From: Leptospirales bacterium
GTDB lineage: Bacteria > Spirochaetota > Leptospiria > Turneriellales > JAOUFE01
Reading direction: 5' to 3'
DNA: 27,210 nt
NCBI GenBank assembly: GCA_040326155.1
Contig: JBEQLE010000024.1
Location: forward strand, 20,812-48,021
In this document: piece after piece, positions 1 through 8,461 of the stretch
Numbering within the stretch: the first letter of the stretch is position 1
How the letters are laid out: the number at the start of each line of letters is the position of its first letter
Program-made: the position numbers and the translations under genes
The notes under the pieces: generated by a model
Databases searched by the model: none
Told to the model about the DNA's origin: nothing
Seen by the model: only the letters and a program-made list of their open reading frames with translations

Positions 1-437
1 TGCGAATTTTCCAAACCTGGTGTAACAATATAATTCAGATTTTCAGTTTCTATTTGTTTTGTAATTTCTATGTTTTCACTTTTTTCAGGTAGATGCGGTT
101 CTATAACAGGTTCTGCAATTGGCTCCATAGCAGGTTTTGCAGTTTCACCAGCAGGTTCTGGCACAGTCTGGGGGTGTTCTGGATAAATTTTCAGATGTAA
201 ATATTGTGTAAGAGCGGGTTCGTGTGCTGGATTGGTAGTTTCCTCTTCAGTATTTTCAATGTCTTCAGACTCTTCATTGAAATGAATACGCATTAGTTTT
301 TGCAACTGAGTCGGTTTTAATTTGCGTAGTTGAGGCGCCAGATTCCAGGAGAGTTTTGGTTTACCCGAAGAGCCTAGAACTTCCAGCCAGGGCAGTTCTT
401 CATGGTCTTTTACTATTTTTTTCTTAATCCACTCCAT
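1..437 (-). CDS. Hypothetical protein, N-terminal part (runs off the window edge), with an acidic Pro/Glu-rich linker
   Basis: Not in the ORF track. Manual translation from ATG at 437, 4 nt after the uppP stop, is open to position 1: MEWIKKKIVKDHEELPWLEVLGSSGKPKLSWNLAPQLRKLKPTQLQKLMRIHFNEESEDIENTEEE...PEPAGETAKPAMEPIAEPVIEPHLPE... Confidence 0.75.
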   Translation of the reverse strand, partial: MEWIKKKIVKDHEELPWLEVLGSSGKPKLSWNLAPQLRKLKPTQLQKLMRIHFNEESEDIENTEEETTNPAHEPALTQYLHLKIYPEHPQTVPEPAGETAKPAMEPIAEPVIEPHLPEKSENIEITKQIETENLNYIVTPGLENS

Positions 438-441
438 ATTA

Positions 442-1290
442 TCAACCTAATAATGCATAAACTGTAATGCCTAAAAATATTGTATAAATTCCAAAAGGAT
501 AAAATAATACTTTTCGACCGAGCCAGACCAGAATTTTTAAAGAGATTAAGCCAGCCACAAAAGAAAAAAAGAGGCCGATTAAAATCCAGTCTAGTCGAGC
601 GTCCGGGGAAAATACGGCGCTAAACCCTATATTATTTATTTCAAACAGGGCTGCTCCCATTAATACGGGAATGGAGATCAGAAAACTGTATTTTACACTG
701 CTTTCACCATTCACATTTTGAAACATTGCTGCTGTAATTGTACTTCCCGAACGGGATATACCGGGAAATACGGCAAGCACCTGAAAAATACCAATTACCA
801 AAGCATTCCAGTAGGTTATTTCATTCATATCTTTTGTTGGTTTATTTTTGTTTTTTTTCCGTATCAAGTGGCCTGCAAAAAGCAAGAATCCGTTTAATAT
901 AAAAAATAGTGAAATCCAGCTTAACGAATGAATGGTTTCATCTATAAAGTGTTTAAAAAAAGGAACACAAAGAACCGGAATGGTAGTCAGTCCAATTTTC
1001 ATTGTAATCGACATACCTTTTCCATATCTCTTATGAAACAGATCGCCGAAAAAGTCACGAATTATTTGAATGAGATCTTTTCTCCAGTAAAAAATTACCG
1101 CCATAATAGTTCCCAGGTGTAAAATTACGTTAAAGGCAAGTAGGGAATACTGCTGTTCTAATATCGTTTTCATGTTTTGAAAAATGGGAAGATTTTCAAA
1201 CAAAGCCAGGTGGCCACTCGAAGAGATCGGTAAAAACTCAGTAAAGCCCTGTGTTAGACCAAGAAAGATGATAAATAAAAGTATTTCCAC
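442..1290 (-). CDS. uppP: Undecaprenyl-diphosphate phosphatase (BacA/UppP)
   Basis: Signature motifs QGFTEFLPISSSGHL, LHLGT, FPGISRSGSTI and YSFLISIP; polytopic hydrophobic profile; GTG start. Confidence 0.96.
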   Translation of the reverse strand: MEILLFIIFLGLTQGFTEFLPISSSGHLALFENLPIFQNMKTILEQQYSLLAFNVILHLGTIMAVIFYWRKDLIQIIRDFFGDLFHKRYGKGMSITMKIGLTTIPVLCVPFFKHFIDETIHSLSWISLFFILNGFLLFAGHLIRKKNKNKPTKDMNEITYWNALVIGIFQVLAVFPGISRSGSTITAAMFQNVNGESSVKYSFLISIPVLMGAALFEINNIGFSAVFSPDARLDWILIGLFFSFVAGLISLKILVWLGRKVLFYPFGIYTIFLGITVYALLG

Positions 1291-1356
1291 TTCTTGAATA
1301 TCGGTCCAAAACGGCTAGCTACCGAGTGTTTTATTATGTGAGAAAGTCGATGAAAC

Positions 1357-2196
1357 TTATTCTTGTAACTCGGAGTTCATTATCTCTGAAATCCAGTGAT
1401 ACAATAAAGTAGAGTAGTGAGAGGCCTGTTCTTCTGTCACCATTTTTGCGTTGGTCAGGTCGAAGAAAATACCCGCCTCTTTTTTTTCTTTATCTAAGCG
1501 AACAATCAAGGCTGATTTAAATTTAACCAGCTCTTTTCCAATTTGTAGCTGAATACTAATAAAACCTTTTACGGCAAGTTTATCAATATCATTTTCATCA
1601 GAAAAAGATAACAACATACCGTTCATACTGATATCACGAACTTCTGCCACCAGAACAACCGGTAAAAAATCTTGTTTTGCGGTAATTTCGACCTGGACAC
1701 CGGAGTCCGATGCAAGTTCCATTCTCAGATAGGCTCTATTTGCCCGTCCTGTGTTTTCATATAACAGATTTACGATCGTAGCGATAGATTGAATGGCAAG
1801 TTTTTGGTTGTAAAGATTTTTTTCAAGATATACAATTCCTTTATCTTTAAATATCGTTTTCAATCGATTGTCAAGATGGGTTGTATGGGTTACTATTTTT
1901 ATTGGCTCTTTTTGTTGCAATTTTTCAATATACTCCTGGCTCATTTTGTACAGATCGGATTCATCTCGTTTTGCATGGCGGTGTACATTGTCCAGGTTCA
2001 GTAAAAAAATAGAATCCTTCTCTTTTTGAATGGGACTCATTTCATCGATCGTGGAGGGAAGAATCCAGATGTCTTTTTGCAAGAGTTCAATTTTGTCTTT
2101 GTCTTTAAAGTTTTCAGGCATCTGAAACCAGTAAATCATTCTCGGCATGATTTTTACACTTCCGACCGAGGCAATGGGTAGTTCAAATTTGTGCAT
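1357..2196 (-). CDS. PilZ-domain (c-di-GMP-binding) protein with a possible degenerate receiver-like N-terminal domain
   Basis: RxxxR (RAYLR, 1723-1737) followed by DxSxxG (DISMNG) and a beta-rich C-terminus (LIVRLDKEKKEAGIFF). Confidence 0.75.
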   Translation of the reverse strand: MHKFELPIASVGSVKIMPRMIYWFQMPENFKDKDKIELLQKDIWILPSTIDEMSPIQKEKDSIFLLNLDNVHRHAKRDESDLYKMSQEYIEKLQQKEPIKIVTHTTHLDNRLKTIFKDKGIVYLEKNLYNQKLAIQSIATIVNLLYENTGRANRAYLRMELASDSGVQVEITAKQDFLPVVLVAEVRDISMNGMLLSFSDENDIDKLAVKGFISIQLQIGKELVKFKSALIVRLDKEKKEAGIFFDLTNAKMVTEEQASHYSTLLYHWISEIMNSELQE

Positions 2197-2207
2197 AATC
2201 TTATGTT

Positions 2208-2795
2208 TTAACCTAATAGAAGTATTATTAAATTATAAAATTTTCCGGTTACCGTCTTTAAAATAAAAGCAATAATCGTTAAAAATAAAGTATTTAAAAT
2301 AAAGACATTGAAAAAGCGAGAAAGTTTTTCTTTAGGTACAGTTTCGTCTACATAAAAACCATTATACAAAAGATAAACAGAATATATAATTCCAACGATA
2401 AAAATAAGACCGCCAGCAATGGGAACAGGATAAAACGCTTTTGAAAATAGAGCTGGAATGGCGCAAAACATAATTCTTTTATTAATATTTCCGTGTGAGA
2501 AAGAGACTAAGGTCTTGTTCGCGGCACTTTGCGCAGAAAGAATAATTATAAAAATAAAAACCAAAAAATATACAATAAAGATAGACGGAGATAATATTCC
2601 ATTTCTCCATAAATAAGAAAGGTCAAGGGAGCGCGTTGCATAATAACCCGATTGCATTATAATCATAAAAAGCAATATGGGTAGATACACAGCTCCGAGT
2701 ACTTTTTTGTACGAGTAATTTACCCGATTGAGGCGTTTTAACGCTGTTGAGTTGTCCTCATATAAGCCGCTGATTGTTGTTAATAGATCTTTCAT
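2208..2795 (-). CDS. Integral membrane protein, Yip1/DUF1282-like
   Basis: About five hydrophobic segments; YSVYLLYNG resembles the YxxYLLYxG motif of bacterial Yip1-family proteins; start overlaps the tauE-like stop by 1 nt. Confidence 0.55.
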   Translation of the reverse strand: MKDLLTTISGLYEDNSTALKRLNRVNYSYKKVLGAVYLPILLFMIIMQSGYYATRSLDLSYLWRNGILSPSIFIVYFLVFIFIIILSAQSAANKTLVSFSHGNINKRIMFCAIPALFSKAFYPVPIAGGLIFIVGIIYSVYLLYNGFYVDETVPKEKLSRFFNVFILNTLFLTIIAFILKTVTGKFYNLIILLLG

Positions 2796-3655
2796 TAGTT
2801 TACCATCAGAATTTTGGTGAATAAATAGACTCCACCGAGACCCAATTGAAAAAAACCAAGAGCTACCTTCAAGCGTTTTTCTTTCGTTTTTAAGGAAATT
2901 TGCGCGCCGAGTTGCGCTCCCATAATACCACCGATTGCGGCAACAAGTGCCGGAGCGACAATGACCTGGTCCAGACTCCAGAAGTGCAGTGTGCTTAAAA
3001 ACGCCACGGGAAAGATAATAAACAGGGAGGTCGCTGAAGATTGCGCAGGAGTATAACCGCAGACATATATAAAATAGGGTACGGCAAGAAACCCTCCACC
3101 AACCCCAAAAAAACCGGAAACGAGTCCTACGGCGATACCCCAGATAAGTGTTCGCAGCGTCGATGTTTTTTTATTTCCAGGTTCAGTTTCAGGTTTTTCC
3201 CGACGGTTGTTTATAATTGTATAAACTCCCATGGAAAACAGTAGAAACGTAAAGGCGATTGCTAAAAAAAGGTCTAAAAACGTCGATGTACCATATACGA
3301 TTGTATCGCTGAGGTGTCTTGAAGTCCACTTGTAGGTGAATACAGCCGCCTGGGAGGCCGGTAAAGCGCCTGCAAGCATTGTGAAACCCTCTTTGTATTG
3401 AATGTTTATTTTACGAAGGTATTTAATCAAGCCCGACAGTGTCGTAAACGGTATCTGGGCCATGGAAGTAGCCACAGAGTTCACCGCAGAAAAATGAAAC
3501 CAGGTATGAAATAAAGGGGTAAATAAAAACCCCCCGCCAACTCCGAAAATTGCAGACAAAACACCGGCAATAATTCCGGAAAAAAACAAAAACAGAACAT
3601 CAAACCAAGAGGTTAGACCTGCCACACCCGCGAACAGGTGAATGGAGTCGAACAT
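2795..3655 (-). CDS. Sulfite exporter TauE/SafE (TSUP) family membrane protein
   Basis: Internal duplication of the family motif: GVLSAIFGVGGGFLFTP and GLVSGFFGVGGGFLAVP, each followed by an ATS motif; C-terminal GAQLGAQIS. Confidence 0.92.
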   Translation of the reverse strand: MFDSIHLFAGVAGLTSWFDVLFLFFSGIIAGVLSAIFGVGGGFLFTPLFHTWFHFSAVNSVATSMAQIPFTTLSGLIKYLRKINIQYKEGFTMLAGALPASQAAVFTYKWTSRHLSDTIVYGTSTFLDLFLAIAFTFLLFSMGVYTIINNRREKPETEPGNKKTSTLRTLIWGIAVGLVSGFFGVGGGFLAVPYFIYVCGYTPAQSSATSLFIIFPVAFLSTLHFWSLDQVIVAPALVAAIGGIMGAQLGAQISLKTKEKRLKVALGFFQLGLGGVYLFTKILMVN

Positions 3656-3876
3656 TAGAGCTCGGTTATTTCAATGCTGAGTTCTTTCAGGTAAAGTATT
3701 CCCATTTCAATGTTAACCGGGGTACCCTTCAATTCAAGAGTGATTAAGCCCATAGAATGAGCATCAAGTTTTGCCTCTAAGATTGTAGGCATAATCTCAT
3801 AAAGCGTAACCATCTTGTAAAGGATGGGCTCATTAACTAATGAACTGGGAATCTTTAAAATAAGCTTTTTGACCAC
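3655..3876 (-). CDS. Stand-alone NIL-domain (ACT-like) protein
   Basis: 73 aa; pattern EPILYKMVTLYEIMPTILEAKL...GLITLELKG...GILYLKELSIEITE fits the NIL domain, with the namesake tripeptide read as TIL; GTG start. Confidence 0.8.
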   Translation of the reverse strand: MVKKLILKIPSSLVNEPILYKMVTLYEIMPTILEAKLDAHSMGLITLELKGTPVNIEMGILYLKELSIEITEL

Positions 3877-3886
3877 GTCGTTTTAA

Positions 3887-4159
3887 TTATCCTCCCGCAA
3901 TGGCAGGGACCAACGATATTTCGGCATTACTCTCCACAGCGGTATCGAGATTATCCATAAATCGGATATCTTCATCTCCCAGATAGATATTTACATATCT
4001 CCGTACTTTCCCGTTTTCATCATAAATTCGGTCCCCGATTGCTGGATACTTCTCAACCAGGTTTTTTATGACTTCGCCTACTGTGGCTCCGTCGATATTC
4101 ACATTATCAGACCCTTCAGTCTGAGTTCTTAATTGACTTGGTATTTTTATTACTGCCAT
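3887..4159 (-). CDS. MoaD/ThiS-family ubiquitin-like sulfur carrier (CysO/SAMP-like subtype)
   Basis: 90-aa beta-grasp pattern IKIPSQLR...GATVGEVIKNL...YP...RRYVNIYL..EDIRF..LDT...EISLVPAIAGG, ending in a free C-terminal Gly-Gly. Confidence 0.93.
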   Translation of the reverse strand: MAVIKIPSQLRTQTEGSDNVNIDGATVGEVIKNLVEKYPAIGDRIYDENGKVRRYVNIYLGDEDIRFMDNLDTAVESNAEISLVPAIAGG

Positions 4160-4192
4160 AAACTCAGGTTTTAGGTTTTTTCAGGTTGTCAA
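4160..4192 (-). promoter_or_regulatory. Candidate sigma70-type promoter for the MoaD-NIL-TauE unit, possibly leaderless
   Basis: Perfect TTGACA at 4192-4187; weak -10 AAACCT at 4171-4166 (15-nt spacer, sub-optimal) ending 6 nt before the ATG; no clear Shine-Dalgarno. Confidence 0.35.
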
Positions 4193-4199
4193 GGAATTT

Positions 4200-4484
4200 C
4201 TACTCGCCAAATAGCCGTTTGTAAATTTCAGGATGAACTTTTTTTAATGCGGCAAAAACCTGGTTCGGATTCAGGTTATTTTCGACCGCGACTTGAATTA
4301 AGATGTCTTGGTTATTTTCCGGTTGTTCTTTACTGGAAAGGTTCTGTTGAAGCCGTTTTACAGTGAATTGTTCCAGAATTGTTTCAATTTTCTCTTCGGC
4401 TTCCGTACTATTCAAGTCTGCCGGTGGAACAGTACACATAAAAAGCGCCAAGGGAAGAAGCAGTATAATGATCTTATTTTTCAT
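4200..4484 (-). CDS. Small putative lipoprotein of unknown function
   Basis: MKNK, hydrophobic core, then Cys17 (LLLPLALFM-C), consistent with a relaxed spirochaetal lipobox; helical 77-aa mature part; overlaps the upstream gene by 11 nt. Confidence 0.7.
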   Translation of the reverse strand: MKNKIIILLLPLALFMCTVPPADLNSTEAEEKIETILEQFTVKRLQQNLSSKEQPENNQDILIQVAVENNLNPNQVFAALKKVHPEIYKRLFGE

Positions 4485-7269
4485 AGAGTACCATTAAAAA
4501 TGGCCAAACATGATGCGTAAATCCTTTTTGAGTACGAATAAGAGAAGAACGAAATGCGGTATACCAGTTTTCACCTTTTTGCTCCAACCGGTAATACATA
4601 TTATAAAAGAAAGCCTGTCGAAATATTTTCGGTGTCGGTGCCAGTGAAATAATGAGAATATTGGTATCATGATACCGGAATGTTTCGAGAATGTCGGTTA
4701 ACCAGATATAATTGGTCATATTAAAGGTGTTAACACGCTGCATACTGACAATAACATATGGCAATTTGTTTTTCGCTCGAATTTGGCCCAGTCGAAAATC
4801 TTCTTTTTTACCACGAATAAGTAGAGAAGGGTTATTAGGTTCGGCGTTCCATTCCCCCGCCATGTGAAGAATTCGGTTTTTTGACATTTTTAGCGCAGCG
4901 ATAATCTCTTTTGCCAAATTTGAGCCATCATAAATTAACGCTTTTTCAGCAAACAGGTTTTCAACTTCCAGAACCTCATCGCCCTTTTCCGATGTCCCGA
5001 AAATAAAGCGTCCTTTACGAGTACCCACTCCAATTAGAAAATGATTTTTAGATTCAACTTCATCATGGTCTACACACTCATCCATACAATGATTAAAATA
5101 TGTTAACAGGTCCGTTGGCATTTTTCTCGTCACACGAAAGCGCTGCGAAAGATATGCTCCGTCTTTTAAAATCAGTGTTTCAAATGGCACGATATGGGCA
5201 TTTTGAAAAAGATATAGTTTAATCGGTAAGCTGTTTTTTTGCGCTCTGTTAGCGACAACAGTAAGCGGTTTTTCAAATACCGAGGAGATTTTATGCAGCT
5301 CGGATGTAGCATTTTCAGGTTCGGAATCTGTTTCCAGCTTTTTGTAAAAAGTATCGAGCATGTTCACTACATCTTTTTTTTCGGTTGTAAAGCCTTCATA
5401 CATTGTTACAGGTTTTTTAGAATTCATCCAAACCAGAGAATAAAATTCATTTTTTACCGGTAGAACCGCCCAGCAAATGGTTTGTTCCGGGCATACGTCC
5501 TCCAGGTGTTTTAATTTCGGTTGAACTAAATTCAATAATTTATTTTGGGGAAGGGCAAACTCAAAGTTAGCCAGGTAATCGTAGCGAACACGATTGTCTT
5601 TTGCGTTAAAATAAATCGGCGGATATTTAATTCGATTTTCCCAGTTTTTATAAAAATCGATAAGTCGCAACAAGCGAAGTTTAAAATCTACGGAAAAACT
5701 CTTTCCTTTTGTCGATATAAACTCACTAAACAGTGAATTATAATCCACCTTCGGCGTAATTATTTCCGTGTATAAAAATGATTTAGGCGGCGCAAACGAA
5801 GCGTCTTGGATGGCAGCACTCCAGATTGCAAACCAGTTTTCCTCTGTTGTTTTATATGCAGGGTTTCTCACCGCGAACGCCAGTTTCGAACTTGTTTTAA
5901 ACGAGGAAGCAGCTGTTGATTTTTGTAAAAGACTTTTCAGATGGGTTGCGCTTTTCCAGTTTTTTTCCACTATGGCTTTACGAAAGTGGAAATAGATAAT
6001 CGCTGGTTTGCTGTTTTGATCGACAGCGACACCTTCTGAAATAGATTTAAGAACGGATAAATTGTACCTGGATTCAGGCGATATTTTTTCGGGTGTTTGA
6101 ATATTGCCATAAAGATCTTTGTATAGATCTTTTGCCTGTTCCATTGTACTATTTTCAGTGAAGCGGTTATTTAAGAAGGCAATTCTCAGGTTAAATTTGA
6201 GTTTTTCATTTTCAAGAAAGTCAAAAATATCAGTTTTCAGATAATAGGTGTCCAGAATGTGGGATATTTGCTTACTATACTCTTTTGTAAAAGCGAGTAA
6301 CTGGTTGAAATCATTTTGAATGAAGAGCGTATTCCAGTAACGGTTTGCCGTAACAATATATAAACCCCATTGGCTTTGCTCCTTTAAATCTATTTCTTTT
6401 AATCGATTATCCAATGTTTGTAAAACAGAAGACAGTTCTCCTCTATTTATTAATATACTGATTCGAATGGATTCGGGAATAATTTCTGGATCGAATTTGT
6501 CTATAATCTTCAGCAGCAAAGAGGCTTCGTTAAAATACCCCGTTGAAGAGTAAAAAAGAATGGATCTTTTATATATTCGTTGATTCCAGGAATCTTTCAG
6601 GTTTTTCTCTTTTCTGGTCTTCTTTTTCAAAACCGACGCTAGTTTTTGAATATAAATTTCAACAGTTTTATATTTAATGTTATATATTTTTTCAAGCAGC
6701 TTAAGATAACTAAAAAGGTCTGTTTTTTTAAGTTGCTGGTGTACGTAACTATCTTCCGGAATTTGTTTGAGTAAATTCATGGCTTTGTTAAAATATTTTT
6801 TACTTTTGGTAAAGTCGGTGCCATAATTATAATGGTAATATTCATATTGCAGTAATAAATAAGTTTTTTGAGAAAGAAAAGTTGCGAGTGCAATACTCTC
6901 TTCTTTGGGAAGTTCTGATATGGTTTCTATTTTTTCTTCAACTGAATTCCACTCATATTTTAATTGTACTTCTCGAACAATATCATCTAATAAAAACCGG
7001 GCTTTTTTTATGCTGGAAAGAGCTTCTTTCGGTTTATAATCTTCTATTTGTCTTTCAGCAATGAATAACAACCGCTGGTATTCACGATAGTCTCGATTAT
7101 TGTCATCCGGAAAAAGTTTCTTAAGCGGGCTGTTCTCTAGCAGGTTTTCAAGCCAGGGCCCATATGTTTGCGTTACTCCACGTATCCCTTCGGGTAGCGA
7201 CACCGGCCACAAAGAAAGAGGAAACAAGAAAGAGATCGCTAAAAAGACCTGGATTATTTTTATTTTCAT
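4474..7269 (-). CDS. Exported helical/TPR-like protein with a C-terminal, apparently catalytically dead CHAT (caspase-like) domain
   Basis: N-terminal signal peptide MKIKIIQVFLAISFLFPLSLWP. CHAT motifs in canonical order: HIVPFETLILKDGAYLSQRF, DEVLEVENLF, ILHMAGEW, VIVSMQ, ILIISLAPTP, FFYNMYYRL..G....AFR, HHVWPFLMVLY. Confidence 0.75.
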   Translation of the reverse strand: MKIKIIQVFLAISFLFPLSLWPVSLPEGIRGVTQTYGPWLENLLENSPLKKLFPDDNNRDYREYQRLLFIAERQIEDYKPKEALSSIKKARFLLDDIVREVQLKYEWNSVEEKIETISELPKEESIALATFLSQKTYLLLQYEYYHYNYGTDFTKSKKYFNKAMNLLKQIPEDSYVHQQLKKTDLFSYLKLLEKIYNIKYKTVEIYIQKLASVLKKKTRKEKNLKDSWNQRIYKRSILFYSSTGYFNEASLLLKIIDKFDPEIIPESIRISILINRGELSSVLQTLDNRLKEIDLKEQSQWGLYIVTANRYWNTLFIQNDFNQLLAFTKEYSKQISHILDTYYLKTDIFDFLENEKLKFNLRIAFLNNRFTENSTMEQAKDLYKDLYGNIQTPEKISPESRYNLSVLKSISEGVAVDQNSKPAIIYFHFRKAIVEKNWKSATHLKSLLQKSTAASSFKTSSKLAFAVRNPAYKTTEENWFAIWSAAIQDASFAPPKSFLYTEIITPKVDYNSLFSEFISTKGKSFSVDFKLRLLRLIDFYKNWENRIKYPPIYFNAKDNRVRYDYLANFEFALPQNKLLNLVQPKLKHLEDVCPEQTICWAVLPVKNEFYSLVWMNSKKPVTMYEGFTTEKKDVVNMLDTFYKKLETDSEPENATSELHKISSVFEKPLTVVANRAQKNSLPIKLYLFQNAHIVPFETLILKDGAYLSQRFRVTRKMPTDLLTYFNHCMDECVDHDEVESKNHFLIGVGTRKGRFIFGTSEKGDEVLEVENLFAEKALIYDGSNLAKEIIAALKMSKNRILHMAGEWNAEPNNPSLLIRGKKEDFRLGQIRAKNKLPYVIVSMQRVNTFNMTNYIWLTDILETFRYHDTNILIISLAPTPKIFRQAFFYNMYYRLEQKGENWYTAFRSSLIRTQKGFTHHVWPFLMVLYEK

Positions 7270-7292
7270 TTTTTGGAAATTCCGATCAAGTC

Positions 7293-7321
7293 AATATGTA
7301 TGAATGTGGATGGTATGTCAA
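7293..7321 (-). promoter_or_regulatory. Sigma70-type promoter upstream of the CHAT-domain gene
   Basis: TTGACA (7321-7316), 17-nt spacer, CATATT (7298-7293) in the 75-nt gap after gspJ. Confidence 0.5.
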
Positions 7322-7344
7322 AAATTTATTTGTTTTTGTCTGTT

Positions 7345-7995
7345 TTATCTAAAATATATTCCAGGACTAACTTGCATTACAAATTTTCTTTCTTTCGTAA
7401 ATTCGGCGTCCTTGTTTCCTTCAATCCATATTAACGTAATTCGAACATAGCGGGGCAAGCGTTTATTGTCCCAGGCTTCCTGCCATGTTTTTGCATCGTC
7501 AGAAAGCTCTATTTGAAAAACTTCAACATTATGCAACACAGGTATTGATACACCTCTGGTTGTATTCTCATAATCGGCAAATACATCTTCCTTGCGGTAC
7601 AAAGTCACACTGTCATTTTCCGGGTCAGGTTTTCCAAAATAGGTAACATTGTAGCAACGGGCGTGTTGCACCGATATATGGTAGTAAAAAGAACCAGTTG
7701 TGAAATTTAAAGAATCGGCTCTTTTCCCCTGCAGAATATTTTTTCTTACTGAGAAAAAAAATTTATTATGGTTCCATTTCTCATAAAGCGCACTCGAAAT
7801 ATCTCGGGAAAGGGTTTGCAATAAAATGGCTCCGTCCTCACCATCGTTAGAATAGAGAGCCTGGTCTTGCATTGTCGACCGCACCTGGAAGAATATTCCA
7901 AAAAGAGCGACCAGCATAGTCCCGGCTATGGCAAGGGAGATTATAACTTCTATTAAAGTAAAACCGTAACGTTTAGCGGGTACTAACATTTTCAC
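7345..7995 (-). CDS. gspJ: Type II secretion minor pseudopilin, GspJ-like
   Basis: Class III signal G|FTLIEVIISLAIAG (E5); C-terminal WQEAWDNKRLPRYVRITL matches the GspJ W..W..LP..V.I pattern; fourth gene after gspG. Confidence 0.8.
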   Translation of the reverse strand: MKMLVPAKRYGFTLIEVIISLAIAGTMLVALFGIFFQVRSTMQDQALYSNDGEDGAILLQTLSRDISSALYEKWNHNKFFFSVRKNILQGKRADSLNFTTGSFYYHISVQHARCYNVTYFGKPDPENDSVTLYRKEDVFADYENTTRGVSIPVLHNVEVFQIELSDDAKTWQEAWDNKRLPRYVRITLIWIEGNKDAEFTKERKFVMQVSPGIYFR

Positions 7996-8461
7996 CCCGA
8001 AAATAATCTAAACGGTATTTTTTTTCGTGACCATAGTAGATGATAACGACAAAATAACGCATTGCAAATTCAAGACCGGTCGAAAGTTCTCTGTCGCGTC
8101 CTTGTTCTTCCAAAAATTCTGAAATTTGGTCAGATTTTTCACTACCTTCATTTTCCTCACGATCTTCCGAAAAAAAGCTCACAAGATCTTCTTTTTTATT
8201 TATTACCTCGTATTCATATCGCATCCCGGGAAACTGTTCAAAATCTCCTGCGTCGCTGGCATCCTCTTTCAGGTTTTTAATTTCATCCATTTTTTGCGAG
8301 GCTAAAAACATCGCTCGATTTAAATCTGCCGCCTCTTTGCGATTGAAGCTGGCATCAGCAAGAAAACTACCGATTGCCGTTAAGAAAATAGAGACAAAAC
8401 CTATTGTTACAATTACTTCAATGAGGCTGAATCCAAAAAATATTTTATCTCTTAACTTCAT
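7973..8461 (-). CDS. gspI: Type II secretion minor pseudopilin, GspI-like
   Basis: Class III signal G|FSLIEVIVTIG; AMFLASQKMDEI helix; position between the H- and J-like genes; ATGA overlap with the upstream gene. Confidence 0.7.
   Translation of the reverse strand: MKLRDKIFFGFSLIEVIVTIGFVSIFLTAIGSFLADASFNRKEAADLNRAMFLASQKMDEIKNLKEDASDAGDFEQFPGMRYEYEVINKKEDLVSFFSEDREENEGSEKSDQISEFLEEQGRDRELSTGLEFAMRYFVVIIYYGHEKKYRLDYFRGENVSTR

Noticed and set aside
1291..1325. ACCGATAT 7 nt before the uppP GTG, resembling a sigma28 -10 box
   Set aside because: There is no TAAA-like -35 at the 15-nt spacing (it reads CGGT); not enough support.
3887..4159. Ubiquitin-like protein as part of an anti-phage or protein-conjugation system, or a tag for ClpC
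   Set aside because: No E1, E2 or JAB gene is nearby, the neighbours are sulfur-related, and clpC is 13 kb away on the other strand.
4474..7269. CHAT protein as a CRISPR-associated (Craspase) or gasdermin-activating defence protease
   Set aside because: No cas genes, array or gasdermin-like ORF is visible, the protein has a signal peptide, and the catalytic dyad appears lost.
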